From: Chara braunii
Lineage: Eukaryota; Plantae; Charophyceae
Direction: 5' to 3'
DNA length: 63,966 bases
Assembly (NCBI GenBank): GCA_003427395.1
Contig: BFEA01000037.1
Span: 3,309,877 to 3,373,842, forward strand
The notes under the pieces are model-generated. The model was not told the DNA's origin. It searched no databases and saw nothing but the letters and a program-made list of their open reading frames with translations. Below, in pieces: positions 1 to 12,064 of the stretch. Numbering within the stretch: position 1 is the stretch's first letter; every line of letters begins with the position of its first letter. A program made the position numbers and the translations under genes.

Positions 1-360
1 CACCGAACTATCACAAGATGAATCGCAACATGTACAAGCTCCCAAATCAGTGAAAACTCAAGATGTGAAGCATCAACACAAGGGGAAAGTTCACCTACCT
101 ATCACAAGATGAATCGCAACATGTACAAACACCCAAATCAACAAAAATCGCAGTTTTAACAAGAGGAGGAGGGGGAGAAGGGGGAAAAAAGTAAAGGAAG
201 AAGGTGAGGAAGAAGAAGAAGAAAAAGAAGAGGAAGAAGGAGAAGAAGGAAGAAGAGGAAGAGGAAGAGGAAGAAGAAAAAGAAGAAGAAAAAGAAGAAG
301 AAGAAGGAAGAAAAAAGAAGAGGTGGAGGGCGAGAACAAATAGAAGAAGTAGAAGATGAT
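1..360. repeat. Short direct repeat plus (GAA)n-rich low-complexity tract
   Basis: CTATCACAAGATGAATCGCAACATGTACAA occurs at ~8 and ~98; purine-rich GAA/GAG run from ~160 to 360. Confidence 0.8.
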
Positions 361-596
361 GCCGCCCTCCTCACTGTCTCACCTGCAGGTAACTGCTGCC
401 AAGTACCGACGTCGCCGACAATTCATATTGATACAGGTTGGGTTGTAGCTATGGACCGTATTTTGCTTAGATGTGCGTTTCTACTGGAATCAGATATCCT
501 TATTTGGGTAGTCATCTTCTTTGATGAAACCGCTAACATCATTCGAGTGATTGTTAGACAGGATTAGGGCATATATACGCCGTTTCGGGGGGGGGT

Positions 597-885
597 TGTT
601 GGGTACGTACACTAGTACTTGGTGGCGTTAGATTTTTGGAGATTCATTGAATTGGTTCCGATTTTACCTCAGTTTTGGTGGCAATCACCTTTTCTGGGTA
701 TATACGCTAGTACTTGGTGGCGTTAGATCTTTGGAGATTGGCTGACTTGTTTCCGATTTTACCTGAGTCTTGTTGGTGATCATCACCTTTTTGGGGTACA
801 TACACTAGTACTTGGTGGCGTTAGATCTCTGGAGATTGGCTGACTTGGTTTCGATTTTACCTGAGTTCTGTTGGCAATCATCTTC
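597..885 (+). repeat. Three ~95-98 bp tandem units directly upstream of PLE-1 ORF1
   Basis: CTAGTACTTGGTGGCGTTAGAT starts at 612, 707 and 805, each followed by CGATTTTACCT. Confidence 0.9.
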
Positions 886-904
886 TTCTTCTTCTTTGTA
901 AGGC

Positions 905-1639
905 ATGGCGAACAATGGAGGCAGCAATAAGTGTTTTAATTGTGGTGGCGATGGGCATTTCGCCCAAGAGTGTCCTTCAGCACGTGGTAGCCAGAGTGTG
1001 GGTGGAGTTGGAGGAGGAGGGGGAGACACTCCTTCGTTCACTCCGCGATTTTGGACACCAAGACGACCGCAGGAGGATATGGAAGAACGTGAGTTCCTTC
1101 GACAGATGATTGTAGAGAAGAGGGAAGAGCAGGCCCGAAGAATGGAGTTTGAAGAAAAGAAGAAGATGGATGATCAAATTGGAGATTGAGAGGAAGTCTG
1201 AAGCCTAAGAGGCTAGGGTGATGTCGAAGATCGGGCGTTAGTATCTCTTTGCTCGTGACGAAGCTCGTAAAGAGGAGATTAGATCTCCTTTTTGCGGACT
1301 CCCTTCAGGCAACCGGTGTTTCATCGGGAGGAGGATACCCCGATAGCTGCTGAATCTTCTCGGATGGGGGAGGATCGACAACGGACTAAGATTGCAGCGG
1401 GATCAGGGCCGTAGGGGGTGTTGGCTTATGTTCAGGCACAAAGAAAGCTTCTCATCGCTAAGAACAAAGACCAACTCAAGATCATTTGCGCAAACGAAGG
1501 GGTTCAGTACACCACCAAAGCACCCACTATTGAGAGGATCATTGAAGTACGCACCAAGTGTGCCTATGAAGGGTTTGTTTTTACCCCTGTATCCTCACCC
1601 CCTGCATCTCCGGATGAAGAACGTACTCCTGCTAGGTGA
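905..1639 (+). pseudogene. PLE-1 ORF1: gag-like CCHC zinc knuckle, coiled coil, C-terminal SAP/HeH-like motif (disrupted)
   Basis: CFNCGGDGHFAQEC fits CX2CX4HX4C; E/K/R-rich helix; KLLIAKNKDQLKIICANEGVQYTTKAPTIERII in ORF 1418..1639; internal stops/frameshifts. Confidence 0.75.
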
Positions 1640-1713
1640 CTTTCCAATTTCGGTCGTTTCCGCCTTTGGTCTAACTTGCTTGAATTATAAGGCTGAGACG
1701 ACTTTCCTGGGAT

Positions 1714-2880
1714 TTGGGGGGCTCGGCTCGTTTACGTTTGCTCTTGGATACCTGTGTCATGTTATGTTTTGTTGCCTTAACTTTAGTGGGTGAGATTACC
1801 TGGATGTGTAAATTCCGCTCTTTTCTGTTAGATGTTAATTGGGATACGTGGCAGTCCGGACCGGTCGTGTATTTGCTATCGTCACCATGGTGCAAAGCTC
1901 AATATCCACGTTGCTTTGTCCGCAACATATATATGCGATGGGGTTACCACGTACGAACGGTTAAATCGCAAGGGTTTGGGGTTTGTCCGAAGCTTTATCG
2001 TTGGTTGAGGCATTTCGGTGTGTCTAAGTACGTCACCGTCCCGCTTCTCAATGATGTATTTTCAGTAGAAACCGCAGAGAAATCACTTATGAAGAACTTC
2101 TCGCCTGTTTTGAAATTCTGCAAGAAAATTTGTGTTCAATGTCGGCCACCTAGTTTGTTTTTTATTCTAGGGTCTTTGGAAAGATAGTTTGTTGTCTATT
2201 CTACGATCGGCCACGGTACTTAACCAGAAAGATTTATGGATCGAGTCTACGAATGGCTGCCTTCGGGCGGATACCTGGCCACTTGTTCGATGTTTTTTTG
2301 GACTATCTATGGTTCAAATTGGGAGTGCACGCTTTGCTCTTAAGGAGTTGAAACACGTACTGGGGCAGGGTGGGCTTTTTTGCTTCCATCTGTGATCTTT
2401 ACTCCGAGTGGTAGAGCAATTTCTAAAGGACAGGTGTGCAGTTTGCTGCTTTAGCCTTGGCGACGGCGATTGCTTGAGTTCGAAACGGTGAAATTACTGG
2501 TGCGTTGGTACAGAGCTAGCCGGAATTTCTCTAGGAAGACCACTAGGACTACTTTAAGGGGAGTTCTAGCTAGGGCTATTAAGAACAAGGTGGGTGTGGA
2601 TGTTCGTAGGCGAATCATTGTTCGTATGTTCTTTGATCAAAGATTAAGCACTGCAAGGGTTCACGTGCTCTGGGGCTCGTTCTTCTTATTTTGGAGACCT
2701 CCACTCTTCTATTGGGAGTTGAGTTGTTGCGAAAGAAAGTAAGTTTCGTTTGGCCCAAAAACAAGCCTATATCTCGTTATCTTTGGAATTTCCACCAGTT
2801 TACTCGGTTGAGTGTCGGATCGGAGGGTTGCTGTCATCTGGAACCAACATGGGAATGTCTTGGATTCCATGTATGTACAC
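1714..2880 (+). pseudogene. PLE-1 ORF2 N-terminal part: GIY-YIG endonuclease-like domain and linker
   Basis: VVYLLSSPWCKAQY...MRWGYH...LYRWLRHFG aligns with PLE-3 ISPFCRQVYVGQT...RWQEH...VHRWLKKQG. Linker WPLVRCFFGLS resembles PLE-2 WRLIKLIFGES. Confidence 0.75.
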
Positions 2881-3932
2881 TTTTTTTTTTTTTTTTTTAA
2901 TAAAAAACAGAACCTTTTGGTTCTGGCTCCTACCATTCTGGGGAACGACAGTCCGTTTCCTATTCCCTCGGTAAGTCAACATGGAATACATGAGAAACTC
3001 GTACACGCTCCTCCCCATTATGGCTGGAAGGTCCGAGTGGGGGGCATTGATTGCTTCCTTGTGGAAGGATGTACCCCCTCTCACCCCTGCTTAAGTTAGC
3101 CTTTGGAACTTAATCTGGCTGGACCCTGCACATCTTCTTGTCCACAGTCCTGTTCCTCTCAGCTGGAATGCTGTCGGGTCTGTGTGTTATACTAGAACAA
3201 CCTGGGACAATTGCTGGTATCTTGTGGTCCTGAGACTTTAAGCCCTACTTGTCTTGGGACTGTCATACTTCTAAACCTTTGCCTATCTAGTCCTGGTTTT
3301 AACTTTGTCTAGGGAGGAAATACTACCTTGTATCTCTTCCTAAATTATCCTTTCTCTTTTCGGGCTCTTGACCCTATAATTTCCCTCTTCTAGTTACTAC
3401 TGTCTATGAATGTTTATAGAGCTAAAATAAAAAACCTTACTGGGTGGCAAAACCCTAAACCCTATCCTATTTAGTTAGTTGGTCTGTTACATGGTAACTT
3501 CCCTCCTTGTGGACTGTGACTCTTTTCCTGAATTTTCTCTCTTTACTATCTGTTACTGTCCTACTGGTAACTGTGTGTAGGATGAAAGTGGTCATAGGAA
3601 GTTGGGTTGGGTATGGCATGTGTTTGTGGGCTTAAAGTTTGGGGGGTTATGATTCCATAGTGATTAGGAGGGGGTTGCCATGTCTGTGCGGGGGTGGTTC
3701 GTGACCAGTATGGTGTATTGTAGGGTGAATGGTTAGAAGTGCGAGAAATGCGAGGGGGATGAAGTTATTGTAACGGCTGCTGCAGAGGCGTGTTAGCTTT
3801 TGACAGGGGTGATATTTGTGGAGGTTTGAAATTTGTTGTAACGTCTGCTGAACAGGTCTGTGTTTAGTTGTTGTTGTAGTTGCTGATGTCGGGGTGTTCA
3901 CATTTACCTTAGTTGTTGTAAGCTGAGGTGGG

Positions 3933-6900
3933 TTAGGAGGAGCTAATTTGGATGCTGCTTAAGTCTGTTGTGCTGTTCGTTGGTTCTGGCTCTGGGTTAT
4001 TAGACTGAGCTAGTTCATTCCAGATTTTAAAGATTAGGCTTTGCCCTTTGATGATTGCTATCTTGCCCTTATCCAGGTAATTCTCCTCGAATTTGGTTTG
4101 AAATTCCTTGGCTTTGGGCTCGTNNGCTTTCATCCTTCTTTTGANTTTGCGCCATAGCACCCAGTATTCTGTTTCTACTTGCTGTTTGAGGATACCCCAT
4201 GCTTCATGCACATGCATTGGTTGTTTGTCNATCGTTTCTTGGCAACGTTTCCTCNAGATTGACCATATTGTTGCCTTGCNTNGGATTTGGAACAGGTTGT
4301 TTTGGANGGGGGGNCAGTCTTCGGGGTTTGTGAATCCTAGTAGAAGAAGGGNAGGGTCCGTTGTGAGTTCTGNGTCGGTAATTGAGGTCCAGATCNGTGT
4401 GATCCTGTTCCATATTGGTTGTATCTTGGGGCATAGTAGGAAGCAGTGAAACAAGTCTTCTATCTGACCTTCTGAGCAGTTAGCACACAGTTCATTTAAG
4501 GGGTTTCTATCTTCTTTCTTTCTACTATTGTTTAGCCATTTGTTGAGTGGGATGGCGAGGTACAGAATTAGCCATTGTAAACTTTTGAATTTGGGGGGGT
4601 GTAAAGTAGCTGTTTGGTTCCAGGGTATTTCTTTTAGTATATCCTTGTTTATCCCTAGGTGTCTGTTCCAACGGTCTGCTATGATTGTATCTGGAGCTGT
4701 TGATCTGCGTCTTAGTTTATAGCCTAGACTGGTGGTGTAATTGATCAGGTTGATTCTTCGGTCTATACTTATTGTGGATTGTTTTAATTTCCATGCCCAT
4801 TCTGAGGGGTCAAATTCCAGGTCTTCTATGGTAGTTTGGGGGTGGAATAAGGTGAGGTCTTCGTTTTCTATTACTATGATTTTTCTGAGATTACCTTCTT
4901 TGACTGCGATTTGTGCTACTGAATCCTTGTTTAGTTTGTCGTAGTCTTCGCCTTGTTCCTCTAGCTTATGCATGGAGAAAATGAGCCAGTTGTTTCTACC
5001 GTCTTCCTTTCCTATAAAAGCAAGCGCATGTTCAATCGGTTTTATGAAAGTCATGACCGCCCAGTCTCCTTTTGACCACTGTTTGTCTCCTTTAAGAATT
5101 GTTTGCCACTCCACCGGGATGACCTTTATTATCTGCTGGAGGTTTTGAGCTAGGTTGTGGTTTCCCTTGAGCTTTTTTCTAAGCCGTCTGACTGAGAGCC
5201 AATTTTTTTTCTGAGTCATCCCAGATGTGTTTGATTAGCCAAATGCCCTTTTCTAACCAAGTGCCCCATCTTGTGTTTTTTGAGGTGAGGGTGAAGGGTG
5301 TGCTTTCAATGCTGGTTATCCAGGGGTTACAGAAGAGGGGTTGTCTAAGGATTTCTTCTTTGCTTGATGGTTTCCTTACTTTTGCTGGGAAGATTTCTTG
5401 CCATGCCTTCAATATCTCTTTCCAAAAGTTCAATCTTGGTTCGTTTTGGGACTTGTTTTTCATAGTCCAAGATTTACTAATTATCCAGAACGTACCTTCC
5501 ATGTTTTCTNGTGTCTTGAATGCTGGAATCTGCTGTACCCCTTCAAGTGTCAGGGCTCTCCACGGTAGGTTAGGACTCGTTAATAGCTTTATAATCCACT
5601 TAGTTTGAAGAGCTTTTATTTGGTTAGCTGGGTCTAGGACTCCTAATCCCCCTTNGCTCTTCTTTCTTNTTACGTATTGCCAGGCTACTTTTGTGATAAA
5701 GTTCTGTTTTGATGCGTCTCCTGTCCANAGATAAGTTGTTGCTTTCTTTTGTAAATCCTTTAAGGCTCTTTGATCTGGTGTCCAAAATGCTGCTACATAC
5801 CACATCATCGAGTAAATAGATGCATTTAATACTAATGCCCTTCCGTGTAGTGAGGTGTGTATTCTCCCCCAATCGTTAAGTNTGCTGGTCATTTTGGCTA
5901 GCAGGCTGGGAGCCATTTCTGCTGCTGCCCCCTGAATGGACATCTGTATTCCTAGTACTCTTAGTGGGTCGTTGGGGTTTGCCCATATCATACCTTCTGG
6001 TGTGTCTCTGGGTGGGTCAATGCCTTCCTCCGTTAACCACCAGCCAACCGTCTTCTCCCAGTTAATGCGCATTTCAGAGGCTAATTGGAAAGCACACATT
6101 GCTCTGGTTAGAGCTTCGAAGGATGAGGAGGATGCTCTTATCAGCACTGTTAGGTAGTCGGCAAACAAAATTGTGGGCGGTATGTGGTATTTATGAGAGT
6201 TTGGTCCAGCTTGTTCGGTAAGTCTGTGGATGGAAGGGTCTTTTCTTAAGAAGGATGCTATGGCCTCCATGATAAAGAGAAAGATTGGCGCAGCCAGCGA
6301 GTCTGCTTGTCTTACTGATCGGGACATTTTGTATTTGTTGGAGATGTGCCCGTTGACTTGAACTGCTCCCATCGCGTCGTTGTATAAAACTCTCACCCAC
6401 TTTCTGAAGTTTGGTTNTACTCCCATTGTTTTTATACACTTTTGTAGGAAGTTCCAATTGACTTGGTCATATGCTTTTTCAAAATAAAAAAAAAGGATTG
6501 CTGCATTCAATTGTTTNTTCTGGATAAATCTGACTGATTCTGCTAGTGACATCACATTGTCTAGGATGAAACGTCCTGGAATGAAACCTGTTTGATCTAT
6601 GTGAAAGCAATTTTTGGTGATCTTTCTGATCCTGTTGGCTAGAAGTTTTGCCAAAATCTTGTAAGTTACTGTTAGTAGAGTGATAGGCCTATAGTTCCTG
6701 ATGTCTGTTGGGTCGCCCTTCTTGTAGAGTAGTGTGACTATACCGGTGCTAAGTTCTGGTCCTAGGCTTTCCTTGTTCCATGCTTTTCTTACGAAGTGGC
6801 AGTATTCATCTCCTAAGAGTGGCCAGTAGACTTACCAGAATTCTTTTGAGAGCCCATCTATACCTGGTGTTTTATCTGACTTCATGGAATCTAGGGTTTT

Positions 6901-8412
6901 TTTAATTTCTTCGTTTGTGATTGGTTGGTCTAGTTCTTCTGCCATGTTGTGTGTAATGGTTTTGTCTAAGTACTTGGTGAACTTTTCTTTGGCTTGAAGG
7001 ATTACCATAGGGGTGAGCGATTCTGTCTTGGAGGCATATAATTCTTTGTAGAAGGATTCAGCTATGGAGAGCATTTTCAGTGGGTTGGAAGTTGGGCCTT
7101 CCTCCCCTCTAAGCTGACTAATGGCTGCGTTTCTTCCTCGTGCCTTGATTTTCTGAAAGAAGAATTTTGTCATTTTCTCTCCTTTTTCCCATTCCATTAC
7201 TCTGGCTTTGAGACGCAAGCCATTTGCTTTCCAAGCATTCCAACTGGCTAATTCTGTTCTGGCCCTAGTTAGTAGTTCTTCGTAGTATGTGGAGCCAGGG
7301 TTATTCCATAGCTTGGTTTCCGCGATATTGACTGCTGCCTCTAGCTCTTTGATTCTCTGATTTCTTTTTGCTGCTAATTTCCGTGATGCTGCAGCTGCTG
7401 CGTTAGATAGGTTGGCGGTTAGGGTTGGGAAGTCTGATCTTGCTCGTTCAGAATCAATGCACGCTTGTGCTATGGCCTGTTTCATTTCGCTGGTGTGGAG
7501 AATGGAGTTGTTGATCTTGAAGAAGCCTGGTCCTTTNTGTAAACCGGTGTCGAATATTAAATCTATGAAGATTGGGCTGTGATCTAATCCATTATGGTAG
7601 GGTAGTTTTCCTATGCCTACTTTTAATATGGCGCCTCTGAGGGATTCAGATATCAAGAAGAAGTCTATGGCTGCGTATGTGACGTGTTGGGTTCTATTTC
7701 TTTTCCTGTATGTGAATCTGTTTGCTTCTAGGTGGGTTGTTCTAAGGGGTTCAAGTAGATTTCTTTCTATTATTAAACTGTGTATTGCCTGGGTATCTGT
7801 TTGGAGCTGGTATTCTCTTCCTATTTGAGAGCCTGACAGCCTGTCATGGGATGGGTCCAGTGTTGTGTTCCAATCTCCGGCCAGTATTATACGGTTTTGA
7901 ACACTGCATATTGCTGTTAGGGTCAGGATAAAATGTTGTCTTTGTGCTGAATCGTTCAGGGCGTAGGCGTTTATGAGTTGGAGGGATTCTTCCTTAAAGG
8001 TGAAGGTTGTTTCTATCCACTGGCCATATTCTTGGTGTATTCTGTTGGGACCTAGTATCAATTTAGCTGCTCTTGAGTTGTCATGCCAAAGGATGGCTGT
8101 ACCCGCGGATCCGGCTCTTGTGGACGGGGCCCAAATTGCTGCTCGCACGTATTTTAATCTTATACTTATCTTCCTAATTATTTCTTTGTGCTCTGGGGAG
8201 TCTGTAAGATGGGTTTCTTGTAGACATACTACATCTGGGGGGTTCCTAGAGTACCATTTTAGATAGTTGGTCATGTTGTCCCATTTGTCTAGGTTGGTTA
8301 ATATTGTAGCTAACNCGTTGACGTTCCATGACATCACTGATAGTTCAGGCTCTTTTGGCTTCAGCGTGTAGTGTTTGNGCCTGTTTTCTGTCTGGGGAAN
8401 TTGAGATGTCAT
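3933..8412 (-). pseudogene. LINE-A ORF2: APE endonuclease, reverse transcriptase, C-terminal zinc finger (stop and frameshift)
   Basis: SWNVN, VCLQETH, LAGDWNT and DHSPI endonuclease motifs; TPGIDG, QTGFIPGR, FEKAYD, SVRQ and FADY RT motifs; CANC...HCFLLCP. Stop at 6832-6834 and frameshift near 5210. Confidence 0.93.
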
Positions 8413-8449
8413 GGTCTGTCTNGGGTGTACTTGTTATTCTTTCNTGTTG

Positions 8450-11235
8450 GTTTGAATTAGTTANTTGTGGGCTNAAAGACGTGAGAGTGACGGATCTTAA
8501 CCTCACGCGCTTTGTCTTCCATGACTCGGTCCAGGTGCTCCTNCTTGTNGTGGAAGAGGGCAAAGTCTTCAACTATTGNTGCTGAGACCGNCGCTNTTTC
8601 AGGCGGAATTTCGCCTCCCATGAGCCCATATGGGATGGTCTGTAGGACCTTCCAGAGGCGCCACACCAGGTGATCAGCGAGGCTGNCACTCATTGGATAT
8701 CTTAGCATGTATGGTCTGAGGTCACTGCAGACCAATTCTTCGGATTCGTNGATCCACTCCTCTCTCCACTCGGCCCTCGCACCCAAGATGTGCGCTGAGC
8801 TTGGGGCTTCCTTTGAGATATTGGCNGCCAGAGCTTTTTCGTTGGGACCTGCAAGTGAAATCAGAGATCAGGATTTGCTGACTGCCACTTCCCAGTCCTC
8901 ATGATGGTGGTTCCAGCGATATGGCATGATCACTCTCTTTTTGCAGCCACTCTTGGCCTCCAGTCTGGCTGCTGTGAGTATTTCTGCATTCTGACCCTTA
9001 GCCATGCTCTGCAGGTTGACTGCTTCCCCTGCTGTTTCTCTGTTATGGTCTTTGAGGACTGTGATCTGAGCCAGCAGAATTTCTTTCTGTCTGTCCAGGT
9101 CCTCTCTTGTGCTCAAAAGGCTTTCTGGTTCGATCTCTTCTTCCTTTCCTTCATTGTCCGTGGCCCTTTTGTCTTTCCCCCTCTGCCCCTTTGATCTTTT
9201 GCTGGGGTGGTTGTGTGTTGTCTCGTTGTAGAGCTTAGGCCATTGAATCAGCTTATGGGAGCCTGTTGTGTGCTTCCCCGGGCTATCCAGAGTGTGGCTG
9301 TAATGTTCTGCAAAGAAGTCAGAAAGTTGTTGTTCCTTTTCCAAGACATCAAATTGATTTTGGATTGGGATTTGGCTGTTGATTTCCGACTGTTGGAAAT
9401 TGAAACTTTTCAGGTTGAGGATGTGTCTTTTGTAAGCGACACAGACTTCGAATTCCACTTCCCGTTCTCTTTCCAGTTTCTTTACATAATATGTCAACCA
9501 TTCCTTTGTGTCTGTGTCTTCTTCCTCTTCGTCCTGGGATGTTGTTGCATCTTCCTCTGATTCCAGCGGTTTCCCATCTTCTGCTTGGATGTCCATCGAA
9601 TCTTTCGGGTCAGGGGTGTGTATCCCCCCTTCTTCGCCCATCTTACCTTCAGAATTCAATGGCGGGTGGAGGTTTCAGAGGCTGCGTTCTTCCGTTTGAC
9701 TGGATCGTCGAGGATATCTTCTTTGGTAGTCACCTCCATCTGGTCTGCTGTTGATGTTGTGTTCTCTTGGGTGTTCACTCTGCTGATTTTGCTTGCTGCT
9801 TGGTTTTGTGTGTGTTGATCAGTTGGTGTCAGGCCCGATTTCGTTTGAGCTGTTTGCTCGATGATGGGGGGTTGCTGTTCTCTGTGCTTGTCTGTGATTT
9901 GGCCTTCTGAGAGTTATCTGCAGACAACACTTTTTCTCTTGCGCGCAGATTCTCGAGAAATGCTTTTTCAGCAGACTCACCTGTTTTCATGAGCTCCTGC
10001 CAAGTTTCCCTTCTTTGCTTGTCTTCTGTTACCACCTGAGGATCGAGGAAGTTCCTTTTCAGGAACCCTCCATCCTTGTCCTCGATTCTTTTAGCACCCT
10101 TCATTTGCCATTGACTTCCATGTGGAGGATAGATGTCTGGCTGAGTGGCTGGCTCTCCCTCCAATGTCCATACCCATTGCGGGTTGTCCAATATGTCATC
10201 AAAAACCCAACCTCTGTAGGCTGGGTCGTTGACGTACCACAATCCAATCTTTGCTTCACACTCTATCAGATTGGAGTGAATTTGACCCGGTTTGGCCCCT
10301 CGGTCCCTGTTGAGGGGGCAGTTCCTGTCTGTTCCCAAATGCCCTTTCCCCCTACATTTGAAACAATGAGGGTTTGTTTTCGTGGAAAGGAAAGTGGTCA
10401 TTTTCTGACCATTTTTCTTTACGAAGACCCACGTGTCCGGGAATTGAGGGGGGACTCCTGAGGTGACCTGTAGGCATGCGATTTTGGAATCGTTATTTGG
10501 GGCCAGGAATTCTGGACCTGTCTCAAACCATTCCAGGACAGGGTTGTTTGGGTAGGATTCTGCTAGTCTTCTTTCAAGGAAGCTATGCAGTTCCTCTGCG
10601 ATGTTGTCGAACTGTACCCAGAAGTGTTCTCTCAACATGGTTTGCTTGTGTCGTGATGTTTCAGGCTGGGGGGCTCTTCTGGGCTTCCATTTTGTGACTG
10701 TCACCACCCCTTTTCTGCATTTTAGCGTGTTGAGAGAAATGAGGTAACTTGCATAGGCTCTGTCCGGAGTAACAATCATGACTGTGTTCCTTGCTCTCTT
10801 GTGGTAGGTGACTACCGGCTCTGTCCCCGGGATTTCTTCNAGGGCACGGANTGTGTCTCTNACCCAGGTTCTTTTGTCATTTGGTGACATGTCTGAGCAC
10901 TTGTGTGGGAAGTTGAAAAGGACTGCNTGATTTTNAAAAANTTTCTTACANCTCTCNTCGTCTTCTTCTNGGTATTCCCACATTTCCACAGTCTGCGTCG
11001 AGTCGTTTTCACCCTTAATTGTTTCCTTGATGATATTTACTTTGGCTTTGACTTGGGTGCTTGAAATCAGGAAGTTCTGTGTGTTGCGTTGGTTGCGTGT
11101 TGCGACTGACCTGGTGAAGAAGACGGCCCCTGGCTTTGGTTGTGTCCCGTTGTGTCTGCAGTATCTGTGAGTGGTGTTTTGTGCCCTGTTACAGGTCCGG
11201 TTGGTACAGGGGCGGGTACCCGTTGCAGTTTCGTT
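8450..11235 (-). pseudogene. LINE-A ORF1: zinc knuckle and long acidic/coiled-coil C-terminus (frameshifted)
   Basis: ORFs 9829..10989 (CFKCRGKGHLGTDRNC), 8868..9659 and 8457..8786 are collinear directly upstream of ORF2; the first frame stays open to ~11235. Confidence 0.75.
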
Positions 11236-11299
11236 CTAGGAGGTAAAGGACTCTGATATGGCTGCGTTCCGCTTCTCTGCTTGGTAGCTATAGATTTGG

Positions 11300-11930
11300 C
11301 AGAGCTGCGCCTCCCCCCTTGGGGAGCTTGGGGTTAGAAATTAAACGGTAGAAAAAGAGTATAGCTTCGCCTCCCCACTTGGAGAGCGAGGGATCAGCAA
11401 TTTGAGCGTTTGAAAAGTGAGTAGAGCTTCGCATCCCCACCTGGGGATCGTGGGATCAAAAGCTAAGGTTATGAAAAAATGTGTAGAGCTTCGCCTCCCC
11501 ACCTGGGGAGCGTAGGTTCAAAGACTGAGCTATGAAAAAAGGAGTAGCAATAATTGTGCAGTGGAAAAAGAGTAGAGCTTCGCCTCCCCACCTGGGGAGC
11601 GTGGGATCAACAGTTGAGCTTATGGAAAAAAGAGTAGAGCTTCGCCTCCCCGCCTGGGGAGCGCGGGATCGGAAACTGAGCTATGTAACCAGGAGCAGTG
11701 CTTGGTCTTCCCACCTGGGGAACGGGACCGAAACTAAGCGAAAAAAGGAGTAGAGTTTCGCCTCCCCACTTGGGGTGCGTGCGATGAAAGACAGCGTAGT
11801 AAGCAAAGCACAGAGCTATGCCCCCCCACTTGGGGAGCGTGAGGCTTTTAATAGGAGGGCTGAAAAAAGGATAGAACTTGGAAAAGACGCCGAACTTCGC
11901 TTTCCCACCTGGGGCGCGTGGTCAACCAAT
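11300..11930. repeat. Array of ~10 units (~60 bp period) with a palindromic core, in the LINE-A 5' region
   Basis: Core AGAGCTTCGCCTCCCC-ACCT-GGGGAGCG at ~11301, 11361, 11423, 11485, 11574, 11636, 11697, 11752, 11812 and 11892, separated by variable A-rich linkers. Confidence 0.9.
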
Positions 11931-12064
11931 CTACGTTTTGATTGCAGCAGAGCGGATCGAAGATCAACAATAATGGCGACACGATTTGATATAAGTAAAT
12001 TATAGGTAAATTAATTAAGTGGGTATAGCTATGGTGGTATTGTTAAGTGGGATCTGGTTGAATC

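Noticed and set aside
11300-11930. True CRISPR array
   Set aside because: Eukaryotic LINE context, no cas genes, degenerate repeats, and linkers similar to each other. Kept as a hairpin array.
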